From: a bacterium
GTDB lineage: Bacteria; Patescibacteriota; Patescibacteriia; HK-STAS-PATE-3
NCBI GenBank assembly: GCA_043800725.1
Contig: JAZDMR010000009.1
Location: 26,662-90,661, forward strand
Direction: 5' to 3'
Length of the DNA stretch: 64,000 bases
The position numbers were made by a program, and so were the translations under genes. Numbering within the stretch: position 1 is the stretch's first letter; each line of letters opens with the position of its first letter. Shown here one piece after another: positions 48,447 through 56,670 of this stretch. The notes under the pieces are model-generated. The model ran no database searches. It was given only the letters and a program-made list of their open reading frames with translations, and was not told where the DNA came from.

Positions 48447-48539
48447 AAAATATAGGGGAGAAACGTATTTAACGCTTCTCCCCTGTGATAGACAACGACT
48501 TACCCCATTTTTAAACAGTCGTTATCTTAGGTGATTGTC

Positions 48540-48737
48540 CTAACGGCCCGGATTCCAGGGCATATGGATCTTCTGGCCGCCCGGGATCTGAGCCGTGGTA
48601 TGGCCGCTGCTGATGTTGCCGTACGGATCGACCCTGAACGTGTCATGAATACCACCGCCCATCGGAGTCGGCCCCATGGGTTGGATACCAAAGCCATTAT
48701 TGATCGGCCGGAACGGAGGATTGGCTGGTATGGACAT
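48540..48737 (-). CDS. Small Pro/Gly-rich protein P1 (65 aa), member of a tandem paralog array
   Basis: MSIPANPPFRPINNGFGIQPMGP… SD is ATAAGGAGAA, 9 nt upstream. GC-rich codons in an AT-rich genome. Confidence 0.5.
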   Translation of the reverse strand: MSIPANPPFRPINNGFGIQPMGPTPMGGGIHDTFRVDPYGNISSGHTTAQIPGGQKIHMPWNPGR

Positions 48738-48870
48738 GATTTAATTCTCCTTATCTGCTTCGAGGTAATGGGCCAGGGCAATTTCTTATCACCCCGGCCC
48801 TTTGATATCTCTTGTTTCACGCTTTCCAACCTTAAGGCCGAAAAACGTCTTGGTTGCGCAGCGTACCGCC
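48738..48870 (-). promoter_or_regulatory. Conserved leader/intergenic element, copy 1 (about 80% identical to 49456..49580); contains hairpin 48770-48800
   Basis: Reading 5' to 3' on the minus strand, the aligned shared blocks are CGCTGCGCAAC, CGGCCTTAAGGTTGGAAAGCGTG, AGATATC, AAGGGYCGGGG, CCCTGGCC and GAAGCAGATAAGGAG. Its 5' part overlaps the last 13 codons of P2. Confidence 0.5.
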
Positions 48871-49071
48871 CAATCTGGCTAACTGTGCATCATTTTCATA
48901 GCTGGGCCGTCCGCCGATTCCGAACGTCGGCAAAGTGGTCTGACCGCTAAACGGCACATGAACCTTTTTCCGACCAAATCCGATATCAGCATGAACACCT
49001 GCTGACGGCGAGAAATGGACCGGGGACAAAGGCTGACCACCAACCATCGGGGGTCTCATGGGAATGGACAT
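48832..49071 (-). CDS. Small Pro/Gly-rich protein P2 (79 aa from the ATG at 49071; ORF track lists a start at 49089 inside the SD)
   Basis: MSIPMRPPMVGGQPLSP…IGFGRKK…FGIGGRPS… SD is GAGGAGGTGAT, 7 nt upstream of the 49071 ATG. Confidence 0.5.
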   Translation of the reverse strand: MSIPMRPPMVGGQPLSPVHFSPSAGVHADIGFGRKKVHVPFSGQTTLPTFGIGGRPSYENDAQLARLGGTLRNQDVFRP

Positions 49072-49179
49072 ACTATCACCTCCTCTCATCGTCCGGTTAA
49101 GGTGATTTTCGCTTTGCTAATCGACATCTAATCAATCCAATGCAATATTTTCATTCAAGAATATGCTGATTCTCAAAGA

Positions 49180-49455
49180 TCACAGAATAGTGGGGAACGG
49201 CAGGGTTGGTCTACTTGTAGGACCAATTGGAGGAAATGTCCCGGGAGGAAAATGCCGGATTGACAATTGCTGAACCTGGGAACAGTATCTTGGCGGATGG
49301 TTTTGGACTGGAAATTGTTGGTCTTGGGAACAGAGTCGTGGTGGGTTGCCAAATCCCACCACTCTTCCACAAAATGGGCAGTGGCCGCCGAAAGTATAGG
49401 TTAAAGGGTGGCCACAGATTGGACAACATGTTCTTGGTAGTGCAGGAAGTGACAT
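49180..49455 (-). CDS. Small Pro-rich zinc-knuckle protein P3 (91 aa)
   Basis: MSLPALPRTCCPICGHPLTYTFGGHCPFCGRVVGFGNPP… has two CPxCG knuckles forming a zinc ribbon. SD is AAGGAGG, 6 nt upstream. Confidence 0.55.
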   Translation of the reverse strand: MSLPALPRTCCPICGHPLTYTFGGHCPFCGRVVGFGNPPRLCSQDQQFPVQNHPPRYCSQVQQLSIRHFPPGTFPPIGPTSRPTLPFPTIL

Positions 49456-49580
49456 AACAAGCCTCCTTATCTGCTTCTAGGTAGTGGCCAGGGTATTTTT
49501 TATCTCCCCGACCCTTCGATATCTCATGTTGCACGCTTTCCAACCTTAAGGCCGGAGAATATCTCTGTTGCGCAGCGTAT
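49456..49580 (-). promoter_or_regulatory. Conserved leader/intergenic element, copy 2; contains hairpin 49485-49514
   Basis: Begins immediately after the P4 stop and ends at the P3 SD. The hairpin differs from copy 1 by a C to U change that keeps pairing as a G.U wobble. Confidence 0.5.
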
Positions 49581-49960
49581 CATCCAGCTTTCAAGAGATT
49601 AAAGCTATTGCAATGCGATTGGATTTGTAATGTAGGCATCAGATGGTCATGAATTCTGGGGTGCAAAGGATCCCATGGTCTAGGCCCCCAGGGTCCTGGA
49701 CAATTATGATGTCCACTAACCCAAGCGCCGCAACTAGAGCAGTACCACTTGTCCATGATCGGATTTGGTCTTGGGAATGGCGAGGGAATACAGTTGTGGA
49801 AGCCATAAACCCATCGACCACAAACATGGCAATGATATCCGCGCTCTTCCCTGCGGCAAACATGAATGCAGCCATCATAGTACTCACCACAGAGAGAACA
49901 GTATTGCCTTCTATCCCAGGTGGGTCCCTGGGGCATACCGGGTAGTGCGGGAAATGACAT
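49580..49960 (-). CDS. Small Cys/His/Pro-rich protein P4 (126 aa) with three CxxCG…(H)HxC repeat units
   Basis: MSFPALPGMPQGPTW…CSLCGEYYDGCIHVC…HCHVCGRWVYGFHNC…CSSCGAWVSGHHNC… SD is AAGGAGG, 6 nt upstream. A 360-bp AT-rich putative promoter region lies upstream. Confidence 0.55.
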   Translation of the reverse strand: MSFPALPGMPQGPTWDRRQYCSLCGEYYDGCIHVCRREERGYHCHVCGRWVYGFHNCIPSPFPRPNPIMDKWYCSSCGAWVSGHHNCPGPWGPRPWDPLHPRIHDHLMPTLQIQSHCNSFNLLKAG

Positions 49961-50322
49961 GACAAGCCTCCTTGTTTAGTTGTCGATGAACGGTTTTAGT
50001 TTCTTTGCTTGCATCATGCGCTAACTGTTATCGAATAACTAAGGAAGAAATAACGAAAAATCCCCCTTTCTGCCTTATTGGGCACTATCGTGAGGGATTT
50101 ATTTCAGAACTACGCGGACTATTAACCAGTTGAATTGGTCTCTATCGTTGAAACAAATTAATAGTTATTTTGTAAATTATCTTGGTTTTATTGATATTTC
50201 AATGGATTATTAATAGCTAATTGAAATTATTTACTTATTCAATTTGTTAATAACCATTTGGAAAAACATGTAAAAAACGAAAAATGGTCATTTTCCGCCA
50301 ATTTTTAAATATACTGCAGTTT

Positions 50323-52176
50323 TTATATCCTTCGAACTAGAAAATATACCTCAAATTGGGGCGATTCCATTTTAATAGTATATTTTCTGATTGGACCCTG
50401 TAAATTTATTGGCAAGGACTGTTGAAGCTTTGTTTTAATCGCTTTCTGCAGCGGAGTAATAATTTTACTTTGCAGCTCATTACGGTCAGCCGTATAGGAA
50501 CAAACCGGAAGGCTGGTTTTATCAAGACTTTCATTTAAATGATCTGCCATGACTTTAAATATTTTTATAGTCGCTATGGCCGACTTCAGTTCTTTGGAAT
50601 CCAGGTGGTGTCCGTGAATCAATATGCTTTTTGTCGTCAGGTCAAAAAATAACGGGAAGGTATCACGTTTACCCTCAAACTGCTCCATTGTCATGGTCAA
50701 AGATGTTTTACCGGTTTTGGAAAACATATCCAAAACCACACTGCCTTTTGAGATAAAATTCGAATAGACATCTTGACTGAGCATCTGCTCGACGATTACT
50801 CCTTTTTCCTCAAAACCGTCGCGACTTGAAGAATAATCAAGATTGATTGTTTCTTTAATCGTACGGCGTAATCCAATAATTATTTTATTTAATTCCCTGA
50901 TTCCGTCTCTCCCCGGGACGACCACTACGATATCTCCGCCACGCCCTGCTCCGGTCATTTTCACTCCCGCATCAGAAAAACCGTATTTTGTTCGAAGACT
51001 GTCTTTTATTATATGGGTTATTCGATTATTTGTCGGGGAAGTACGCCGTAGAATGCGCAATGATTTTTGAAACGAATTTATTGATTGGCATAGACTAGTT
51101 ACTGATCGTTCTGAACCACCCATTTCGAAAAGTTCTTTTAGCGCTAACAATACAAATAACGTTAAAGTCGCATTAGTGCCCAATAAACTCTTATGCAATC
51201 CCTCCCAACCTTCAGTCAGACATTGTTGATAAAATATTGGACTAAAAACATTCTGATTTTCACTTAAAAAGTTGAATGACTTTTTTATGGTTTTATCAAT
51301 TTCCATTAAGTTATTATCAATTTCTCGAATCGACTTCGCTGAACGTCCTCCACCTCGTTCACCTGAAAAAACCAGAAATATTTCCAGCGGCCAGGTCGAA
51401 TCATGAGGGATTTTAAATAGTTCGTCTAGTTTAATTCCGCCATAAAAAAGACGGTCCAATAAATTATAGTTTTCATCGATGTTTAAAGGCACCCGAACGT
51501 CTCCGGGCGTAGCCAGATAACCTGCACGTTTTTCCGAATAATAAATAATCGGATAAATTGATCCGATAAACGATAGAAAGCTCGCACCGCCTGAAGAAAT
51601 TCCGTCATGGAGCAGCGAGGATATTTTCCAGGAAAATCGCTGAGCCCGATCAAATGAGCGTATCTGAGAAAGTAAATATGTAGGCTTTAAAGACCATTTA
51701 TCAATATCTGATAATAAAATTCTGCCAATATGCAATTGCAAAGCTACGGACAAAGCAGACGCAAACGATCCCGAGGCGCCCATCCCGTTTCCTGGCGGTA
51801 CTTCGCAAATAGAGTGAATACGCAAGCTTTGAAAATCCGGTCGACCCAACCACTGTTCTACCCGACTTCGCAGGTACCGTTCCAAATTTTTTCGATGTAT
51901 CTGATCCATCTGCGCGATAAAATTATCACGCGATGGAATATACATTTTATCGATTATTTCTATCTTGCCCTTCGACTTCAAATATTCCAGACCAACATAA
52001 GCGCGTAGCGGCAGATTTTGTCCGATTAAGGGACTGCCGATATATGCACCGTATTCGCCTGCCCAGAAAAACTTTACCGGTGTGGAAACAACGATAAAAC
52101 AGCTTGAGTAGAGATTTTGGTAAATCTCTTTATGTCTCTGTTTTATACTTTTTGAGTTGTTGATCCGCTCAGCCAT
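50323..52176 (-). CDS. GHMP-family kinase with an unusually long inter-motif spacing and a C-terminal extension of about 170 aa
   Basis: 617 aa. Motif I-like PVKFFWAGEYGAYIGSP, motif II PPGNGMGASGSFASA, motif III KMTGAGRGGDIVVVVPG (GHMP_kinases_C). Residues after about 450 are unassigned. Confidence 0.6.
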   Translation of the reverse strand: MAERINNSKSIKQRHKEIYQNLYSSCFIVVSTPVKFFWAGEYGAYIGSPLIGQNLPLRAYVGLEYLKSKGKIEIIDKMYIPSRDNFIAQMDQIHRKNLERYLRSRVEQWLGRPDFQSLRIHSICEVPPGNGMGASGSFASALSVALQLHIGRILLSDIDKWSLKPTYLLSQIRSFDRAQRFSWKISSLLHDGISSGGASFLSFIGSIYPIIYYSEKRAGYLATPGDVRVPLNIDENYNLLDRLFYGGIKLDELFKIPHDSTWPLEIFLVFSGERGGGRSAKSIREIDNNLMEIDKTIKKSFNFLSENQNVFSPIFYQQCLTEGWEGLHKSLLGTNATLTLFVLLALKELFEMGGSERSVTSLCQSINSFQKSLRILRRTSPTNNRITHIIKDSLRTKYGFSDAGVKMTGAGRGGDIVVVVPGRDGIRELNKIIIGLRRTIKETINLDYSSSRDGFEEKGVIVEQMLSQDVYSNFISKGSVVLDMFSKTGKTSLTMTMEQFEGKRDTFPLFFDLTTKSILIHGHHLDSKELKSAIATIKIFKVMADHLNESLDKTSLPVCSYTADRNELQSKIITPLQKAIKTKLQQSLPINLQGPIRKYTIKMESPQFEVYFLVRRI

Positions 52177-52286
52177 AAGGCGTTGGATTACCTAGCAATA
52201 TATATTATTTTATATATAAAAGCAAGGAGTGGTAATAAAATTTGCTCATTTGCAAATTATCATCTAAAAAAGCTGCCTGTTTTTGT

Positions 52287-53699
52287 TTATTTATCTGAAC
52301 CGTGCTTTTTTCTTAGTTGATTCATTATCTTGATAATTTCCTTACTAACCCTTACTGGATATTCATACTTTTTGTTAATCTCTTTAAGGCTATCTGGCAA
52401 GGTGCTGATTTGCTGGCTAGCGTATTTACGTAAAGTATCAAGATTAGGCAGCTTTTTGGTTAGACGGCCTTTGGTCATTACTTTTTTCAGCATGAGTTTG
52501 CCGAGCTTTTCTGTTTCTAGGCCGATAATGTCTTTATGAACTTTATTTTTTTTGTAAACGCGAAAAACCTGCTTGCGTCCCGGATAGCTTTCTTTGCCAG
52601 GGGTTAACTTTGCTTTGTATTGCACTTGTCCTTTTTGACGAATCTCCGCCAGCTTCAAAACCACTTCAAGTTTGGGTTGATCTGAAGAGGTCACTCCCTC
52701 AGTGGCTATTACAACCATATCTATAGGTGCGTTGTGCTTGGCTAATATGGCAATCTTATACTCTTCAAAATTTCCAGCCATAGTAATTTTTACTTTTTTC
52801 AGTCCGGCTTTATCCAGCTCTTTTCGCACAAAGCGCGCCTGCCTGATAAAATCGTACACATCCTTGCCGCTATCAATGACAACTCCCTCCACTGCTGATT
52901 TACCATTTTCTTTTGCCACGATAATGGCATTCTTAATTCCTTGTTTGATATTATATGTGTCAATCATTAAATCCAGCTTGTCAAAAACACTGGCTGCAGC
53001 GCGCATGGCTACCAATTCGCTTGGAAAAGATTTTATAAAAGCATGATAGGTTTTTGAGCTGACCCTGGAAGACGGCAGATTAAACTTCCTGGCAAAACTG
53101 GGAACCAAGGCCGAAGGCGAACCTAAAATATATGCGGACCGACCGTACTTCAAAGCAGACTCAAACGAGTGGGCTCTGGTAACCGGGCAGGTTATTGCGC
53201 TGAATTTTTCCTGGCTGGCCAGCACGCTCCGAACAATCTTGGATAACGACATTGTATTATAAGTCAGCGCGTTGATTAGAAAAAAGGTGAACAAGTTAAT
53301 CTGCCAAATCGGGCCGTCCAGACGCAATACCGGCTCCTGTTGGAACAGAAGACTGCCCTCAGGCATAGCATAGATATCGCCAGAGAATTTAAATTTTCTC
53401 ATCAGCTTGGCCATTTTGGGAGTGATAATTCCCCGCTTAAGCAAGTAATCAACTTCATCTTTGGTATATTTCCAAGCGCGGATACTTTCCAGAATTTCCT
53501 CCAGTCCGCCAAACAATAAAAAATTCCTTTGATCGGGCAAATCACGCACTACTAGATCATAAGTAGCTGTAATGTTTTCCATGCCCAACTCCACCCACAT
53601 AGAAGACACAATAAAAATTTGATTGTAGTCAAATAAGTGTTGATCTTGGGGAAGGAAAAAGTGGTTTAGTAATCCTGGGGAGCCTTTTTCATTTTTCAT
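52287..53699 (-). CDS. Nicotinate (or nicotinamide) phosphoribosyltransferase-family protein
   Basis: 470 aa. The VIDSGKD motif resembles the RIDSGD of the NAPRTase family. Size and overall pattern fit. Moderate certainty. Confidence 0.5.
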   Translation of the reverse strand: MKNEKGSPGLLNHFFLPQDQHLFDYNQIFIVSSMWVELGMENITATYDLVVRDLPDQRNFLLFGGLEEILESIRAWKYTKDEVDYLLKRGIITPKMAKLMRKFKFSGDIYAMPEGSLLFQQEPVLRLDGPIWQINLFTFFLINALTYNTMSLSKIVRSVLASQEKFSAITCPVTRAHSFESALKYGRSAYILGSPSALVPSFARKFNLPSSRVSSKTYHAFIKSFPSELVAMRAAASVFDKLDLMIDTYNIKQGIKNAIIVAKENGKSAVEGVVIDSGKDVYDFIRQARFVRKELDKAGLKKVKITMAGNFEEYKIAILAKHNAPIDMVVIATEGVTSSDQPKLEVVLKLAEIRQKGQVQYKAKLTPGKESYPGRKQVFRVYKKNKVHKDIIGLETEKLGKLMLKKVMTKGRLTKKLPNLDTLRKYASQQISTLPDSLKEINKKYEYPVRVSKEIIKIMNQLRKKHGSDK

Positions 53700-53856
53700 A
53701 CTATTATCATACTGTTAAAAATGACCAAATGCAAATAACTGTCAAAAAACCATGGGTCCTGAATATACTTAATTATTCCGTCCGATTAAAACTCTAAAAA
53801 TTCGTACCAAAAACGATAATTATCAGTGAATCAACGCCCGAGGTGCGCGATAATAT

Positions 53857-53893
53857 GCTCTCCCGCACCGCCCCTGTGAAAGAGAACAAACTA
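53857..53893. repeat. CTCTCCCGCACCGCCCCTG…AGAGAAnAAACTA repeat, copy 1 (degenerate hairpin)
   Basis: Overlaps the stop codon of the 53891..54094 gene. Matches 55181-55217. Confidence 0.45.
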
Positions 53894-54094
53894 GTCGTTT
53901 TCTTCAATCACTTTTTCAATAACAATATAAACAATTATCAACACAGAAGTTGGTAGTATAAGTGCTATCCAAATATTTTGATTTTTAATAATGTCAAAAT
54001 AATATAGAGAAATCAAAATACTCACAGCAAGTACTCTTAATATTGCTTTTGTAATATTTGGTCTTATATTCATAATAATTCTGATAAATTCCAT
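53891..54094 (-). CDS. Small membrane protein (67 aa)
   Basis: Two TM helices. AT-rich. Confidence 0.35.
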   Translation of the reverse strand: MEFIRIIMNIRPNITKAILRVLAVSILISLYYFDIIKNQNIWIALILPTSVLIIVYIVIEKVIEEND

Positions 54095-54100
54095 AAATCT

Positions 54101-54367
54101 TTATTTGTTGGTCTTTAGCATCGCTCTCTCAGTAATAATAAATATTACTACCAAAATCACTAACGGAGCCCCAACATCAAACAATGGATTATTAAATTTA
54201 ACTAAATCGCTATTTACCCACAAAGATAAAATATATGCAGATACGATCCTAACTGAATATACTCGAACAGAATATCTTTTACTTATTTTATTTTTTAACA
54301 AATACACAAAAAACAATACTATAACGACTGCAGCTGTCAGAATTAAAAATGATGTTTGATTATTCAT
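54101..54367 (-). CDS. Small membrane protein (88 aa)
   Basis: Three TM helices. AT-rich. Confidence 0.35.
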   Translation of the reverse strand: MNNQTSFLILTAAVVIVLFFVYLLKNKISKRYSVRVYSVRIVSAYILSLWVNSDLVKFNNPLFDVGAPLVILVVIFIITERAMLKTNK

Positions 54368-54464
54368 AAATTTAATGATAAATAGTAACTATATAAGGAT
54401 AAGTTTTTTTAGAAGAATGCGAAGATAACAGTGGCTACCTTCGCATTCTTCATTAAACCACATC

Positions 54465-55076
54465 TTAAGGACACGTTAGCCATACACCTCCGACCCAGGT
54501 AGCGTTGATGCAGAAGCCACCGCAATTGCTATTTAGATATCCGGCCCAGTAAGCGTAGGCATGCATTATCGCACCCGATATCCAATTTAAGGACGATATC
54601 CAAGCCGAAATATTCATCAGATGGATGGTGTACTCTGCGTCACCACCAGCGTAACAGCACTTCCTGCCCCACCATCGTGTCCAACAGCCACTCCAGAGCG
54701 CTGCTTTTTCAGACAAGATCTGCTCGTTGCCGATATCAATCGATTCCATCAGCTCAAGGATCACCTTGGAATCGGGATTGTCCTCGTCAGACAAAGCCAG
54801 TTGTTGAACGAGTTCAGATCGATCGTTGCTCAAACTTCCCAGAAATGCTTCCTGATCAAAGACATAAGTGCCATCTTCGCTCTGCGTAACAAAGGAGTCC
54901 ATCTGGTCGATCCAGTACTGGTAAAGTTCAGCTTCCTGCTCTAATGCAGTGAAGTCATCGGTCGTATCTTCTTGCTGAGTCGTTTCTTGCTCGGTCGGCA
55001 TGTTTTCGCTACAGGCCGGAAGAAACATCGCCAGCATGAAGAAAGCGAGCGTAGTCCAGACTGTTGTACGAGTCAT
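54465..55076 (-). CDS. Acidic lipoprotein with a Cys/Trp-rich C-terminal region
   Basis: 203 aa. Lipobox FLPA-C. Acidic N-terminal region (TEQETTQQEDTTDDF). C-terminal …WSGCWTRWWGRKCCYAGG…NCGGFCINATWVGGVWLTCP. GC-richer than its flanks. SD is AAAGGAGAAG. Confidence 0.5.
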   Translation of the reverse strand: MTRTTVWTTLAFFMLAMFLPACSENMPTEQETTQQEDTTDDFTALEQEAELYQYWIDQMDSFVTQSEDGTYVFDQEAFLGSLSNDRSELVQQLALSDEDNPDSKVILELMESIDIGNEQILSEKAALWSGCWTRWWGRKCCYAGGDAEYTIHLMNISAWISSLNWISGAIMHAYAYWAGYLNSNCGGFCINATWVGGVWLTCP

Positions 55077-55112
55077 GGTTACTTCTCCTTTTCAAAGAAC
55101 AATATGGAGTGT

Positions 55113-55140
55113 GGGGAGAATATTTCTCTCCCCTTTTCTG
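55113..55140 (+). terminator. Second copy of the GGAGTGTGGGGAGA…TCTCCCC-TTTT hairpin
   Basis: Lies in the 5' UTR region of the 54465..55076 gene, on the opposite strand. Confidence 0.35.
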
Positions 55141-55180
55141 ATCCTTTTTTTAATAAGAATCAGGGAGTTACAGTGTTTCT

Positions 55181-55217
55181 GCTCTCCCGCACCGCCCCTG
55201 CGGGAGAGAATAAACTA
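55181..55217. repeat. CTCTCCCGCACCGCCCCTGCGGGAGAG repeat, copy 2 (perfect 10-bp palindromic stem)
   Basis: CTCTCCCGCA-ccgcccc-TGCGGGAGAG then AATAAACTA. Confidence 0.45.
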
Positions 55218-55364
55218 TTTACAATAAGTTGCTAGAGTAATTACAATTCCAATAAAAATAAATACATAAAATTCATACATAATATGCCGGTGATATTTCA
55301 TATTCATCATGATTCGTATAAATTCCATTATGGTAAACTTGCAATGAAAATAGTCTATATATAC

Positions 55365-55766
55365 TTATTTAATAGCGATACTGTCCTCCGTCTCACCGAT
55401 CCTATAAATATATTCACCTATATCATGAAAAGTATATGAATAACTGTTATTTGGTTTGATTGTATAATCTTCGTCTTGAGTGATAAAATCAGCACTAAAC
55501 GTGACATCGCGATCAGTTAAGTTATTCCAAATAAAAGTATTTGGGTTCGTACAGTTTCCTCGATAGAGAATAAATCCCGATAATGAAACACCCTCTTTAT
55601 TATAGACTTCGGAGTTTTTATATTCTTCAGAATTAAATACTTTATAGTCAATAGTAAACTGCTCTGTTGCTGAGCAAGATCCGCCATCAAAAATTAATAG
55701 TCCAACAATTACTCCAATTATAAGGACGCTTATTGGTAGACCTAGTTTTATAATTCTAGATTTCAT
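55365..55766 (-). CDS. Hypothetical secreted protein (133 aa)
   Basis: Signal-anchor then a beta-rich region. No motif. Confidence 0.4.
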   Translation of the reverse strand: MKSRIIKLGLPISVLIIGVIVGLLIFDGGSCSATEQFTIDYKVFNSEEYKNSEVYNKEGVSLSGFILYRGNCTNPNTFIWNNLTDRDVTFSADFITQDEDYTIKPNNSYSYTFHDIGEYIYRIGETEDSIAIK

Positions 55767-56033
55767 AATATCCTTATAAATTAATTGGATGTTTTGTATG
55801 CAGTTTATTTAGCAACTCATCATTCCGTTTTTATCAGCTTAATAACTAATAAAGAGAATATCCTAACTGGACAGCCTCTCGACCACCCGATTTAAGAAGC
55901 TTAATGGCAGACAAATTTTGGTGGCGATCAAAAATTAATGGACCATTAAACCCCTAAACAAATCGAGTGGGCGAGAAGCCTGAACCGAATGGTTCATACC
56001 TCTCTCAAGGAAATGAAAAGAACAGCCAGCTAC

Positions 56034-56444
56034 TTACGCTGTTACCGGGATTTCTTCCATGCTAAGCTCTTCCTTGGGAAGCTCAGTCGGATCTTTTTTG
56101 TCTTGGTTCGAAGTTCGATGGCCTAACATAATCAGGTTTTCGGCAACTATTTCAACTTTACGTTGCTTTTTTCCTTGTTTGTCCTGCCATTCTCGTCTGT
56201 GTAATCTGCCTTCGATATACACTTTGCTGCCTTTTTTTACGTAGGTATTGATAATCTCTGATAGTTTTCCCCAGGCTACAATACTGTGAAATTCAGTATT
56301 TTCCTTTCTTGCTTTTGTTTTAATATCCTGCCAGCTATAATTGGTAGCTAGGTCGAAGCTACTAACACTCTGCCCAGAAGGCAGTTTTTTGGCTTGCGGA
56401 TCTCTTGTGAGATTGCCGATGAGCGTGACTTTGTTCACGTCCAT
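56034..56444 (-). CDS. ssb: Single-stranded DNA-binding protein
   Basis: 136 aa. OB-fold pattern VTLIGNLTRDPQ…F…W…VYIEGRL. Acidic C-terminus ending …EEIPVTA. Confidence 0.75.
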   Translation of the reverse strand: MDVNKVTLIGNLTRDPQAKKLPSGQSVSSFDLATNYSWQDIKTKARKENTEFHSIVAWGKLSEIINTYVKKGSKVYIEGRLHRREWQDKQGKKQRKVEIVAENLIMLGHRTSNQDKKDPTELPKEELSMEEIPVTA

Positions 56445-56670
56445 TTTTTTCTCCTTATGCCACCAATCTTGTCGTATTAATGCTTTTCCACAGTGCGCCG
56501 CGACGGCTCTTTTTTGCGACGGCTACGATTATTTAAATTTCTTTTAGCTTTATTTTATTAACTTTCTAATGATCATTATGTGCGCCGTCGCCTATTTTCT
56601 ACGACGGCTCTTTATATACCAATTCTAACTCTGACCTAATTTTAAGTCAAGGTTGTTTTTAATATTTAAA

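Noticed and set aside
48531-48950. 139-aa plus-strand ORF across the small-ORF array
   Set aside because: It is antisense to two SD-preceded minus-strand ORFs and to the conserved leader element. It has no SD of its own, and its composition reflects the GC-rich opposite strand.
53857-55217. Integron-cassette (attC) interpretation of the palindromic repeats
   Set aside because: No integrase or attI was found and there are only two copies. Kept only as a low-confidence remark in the findings.
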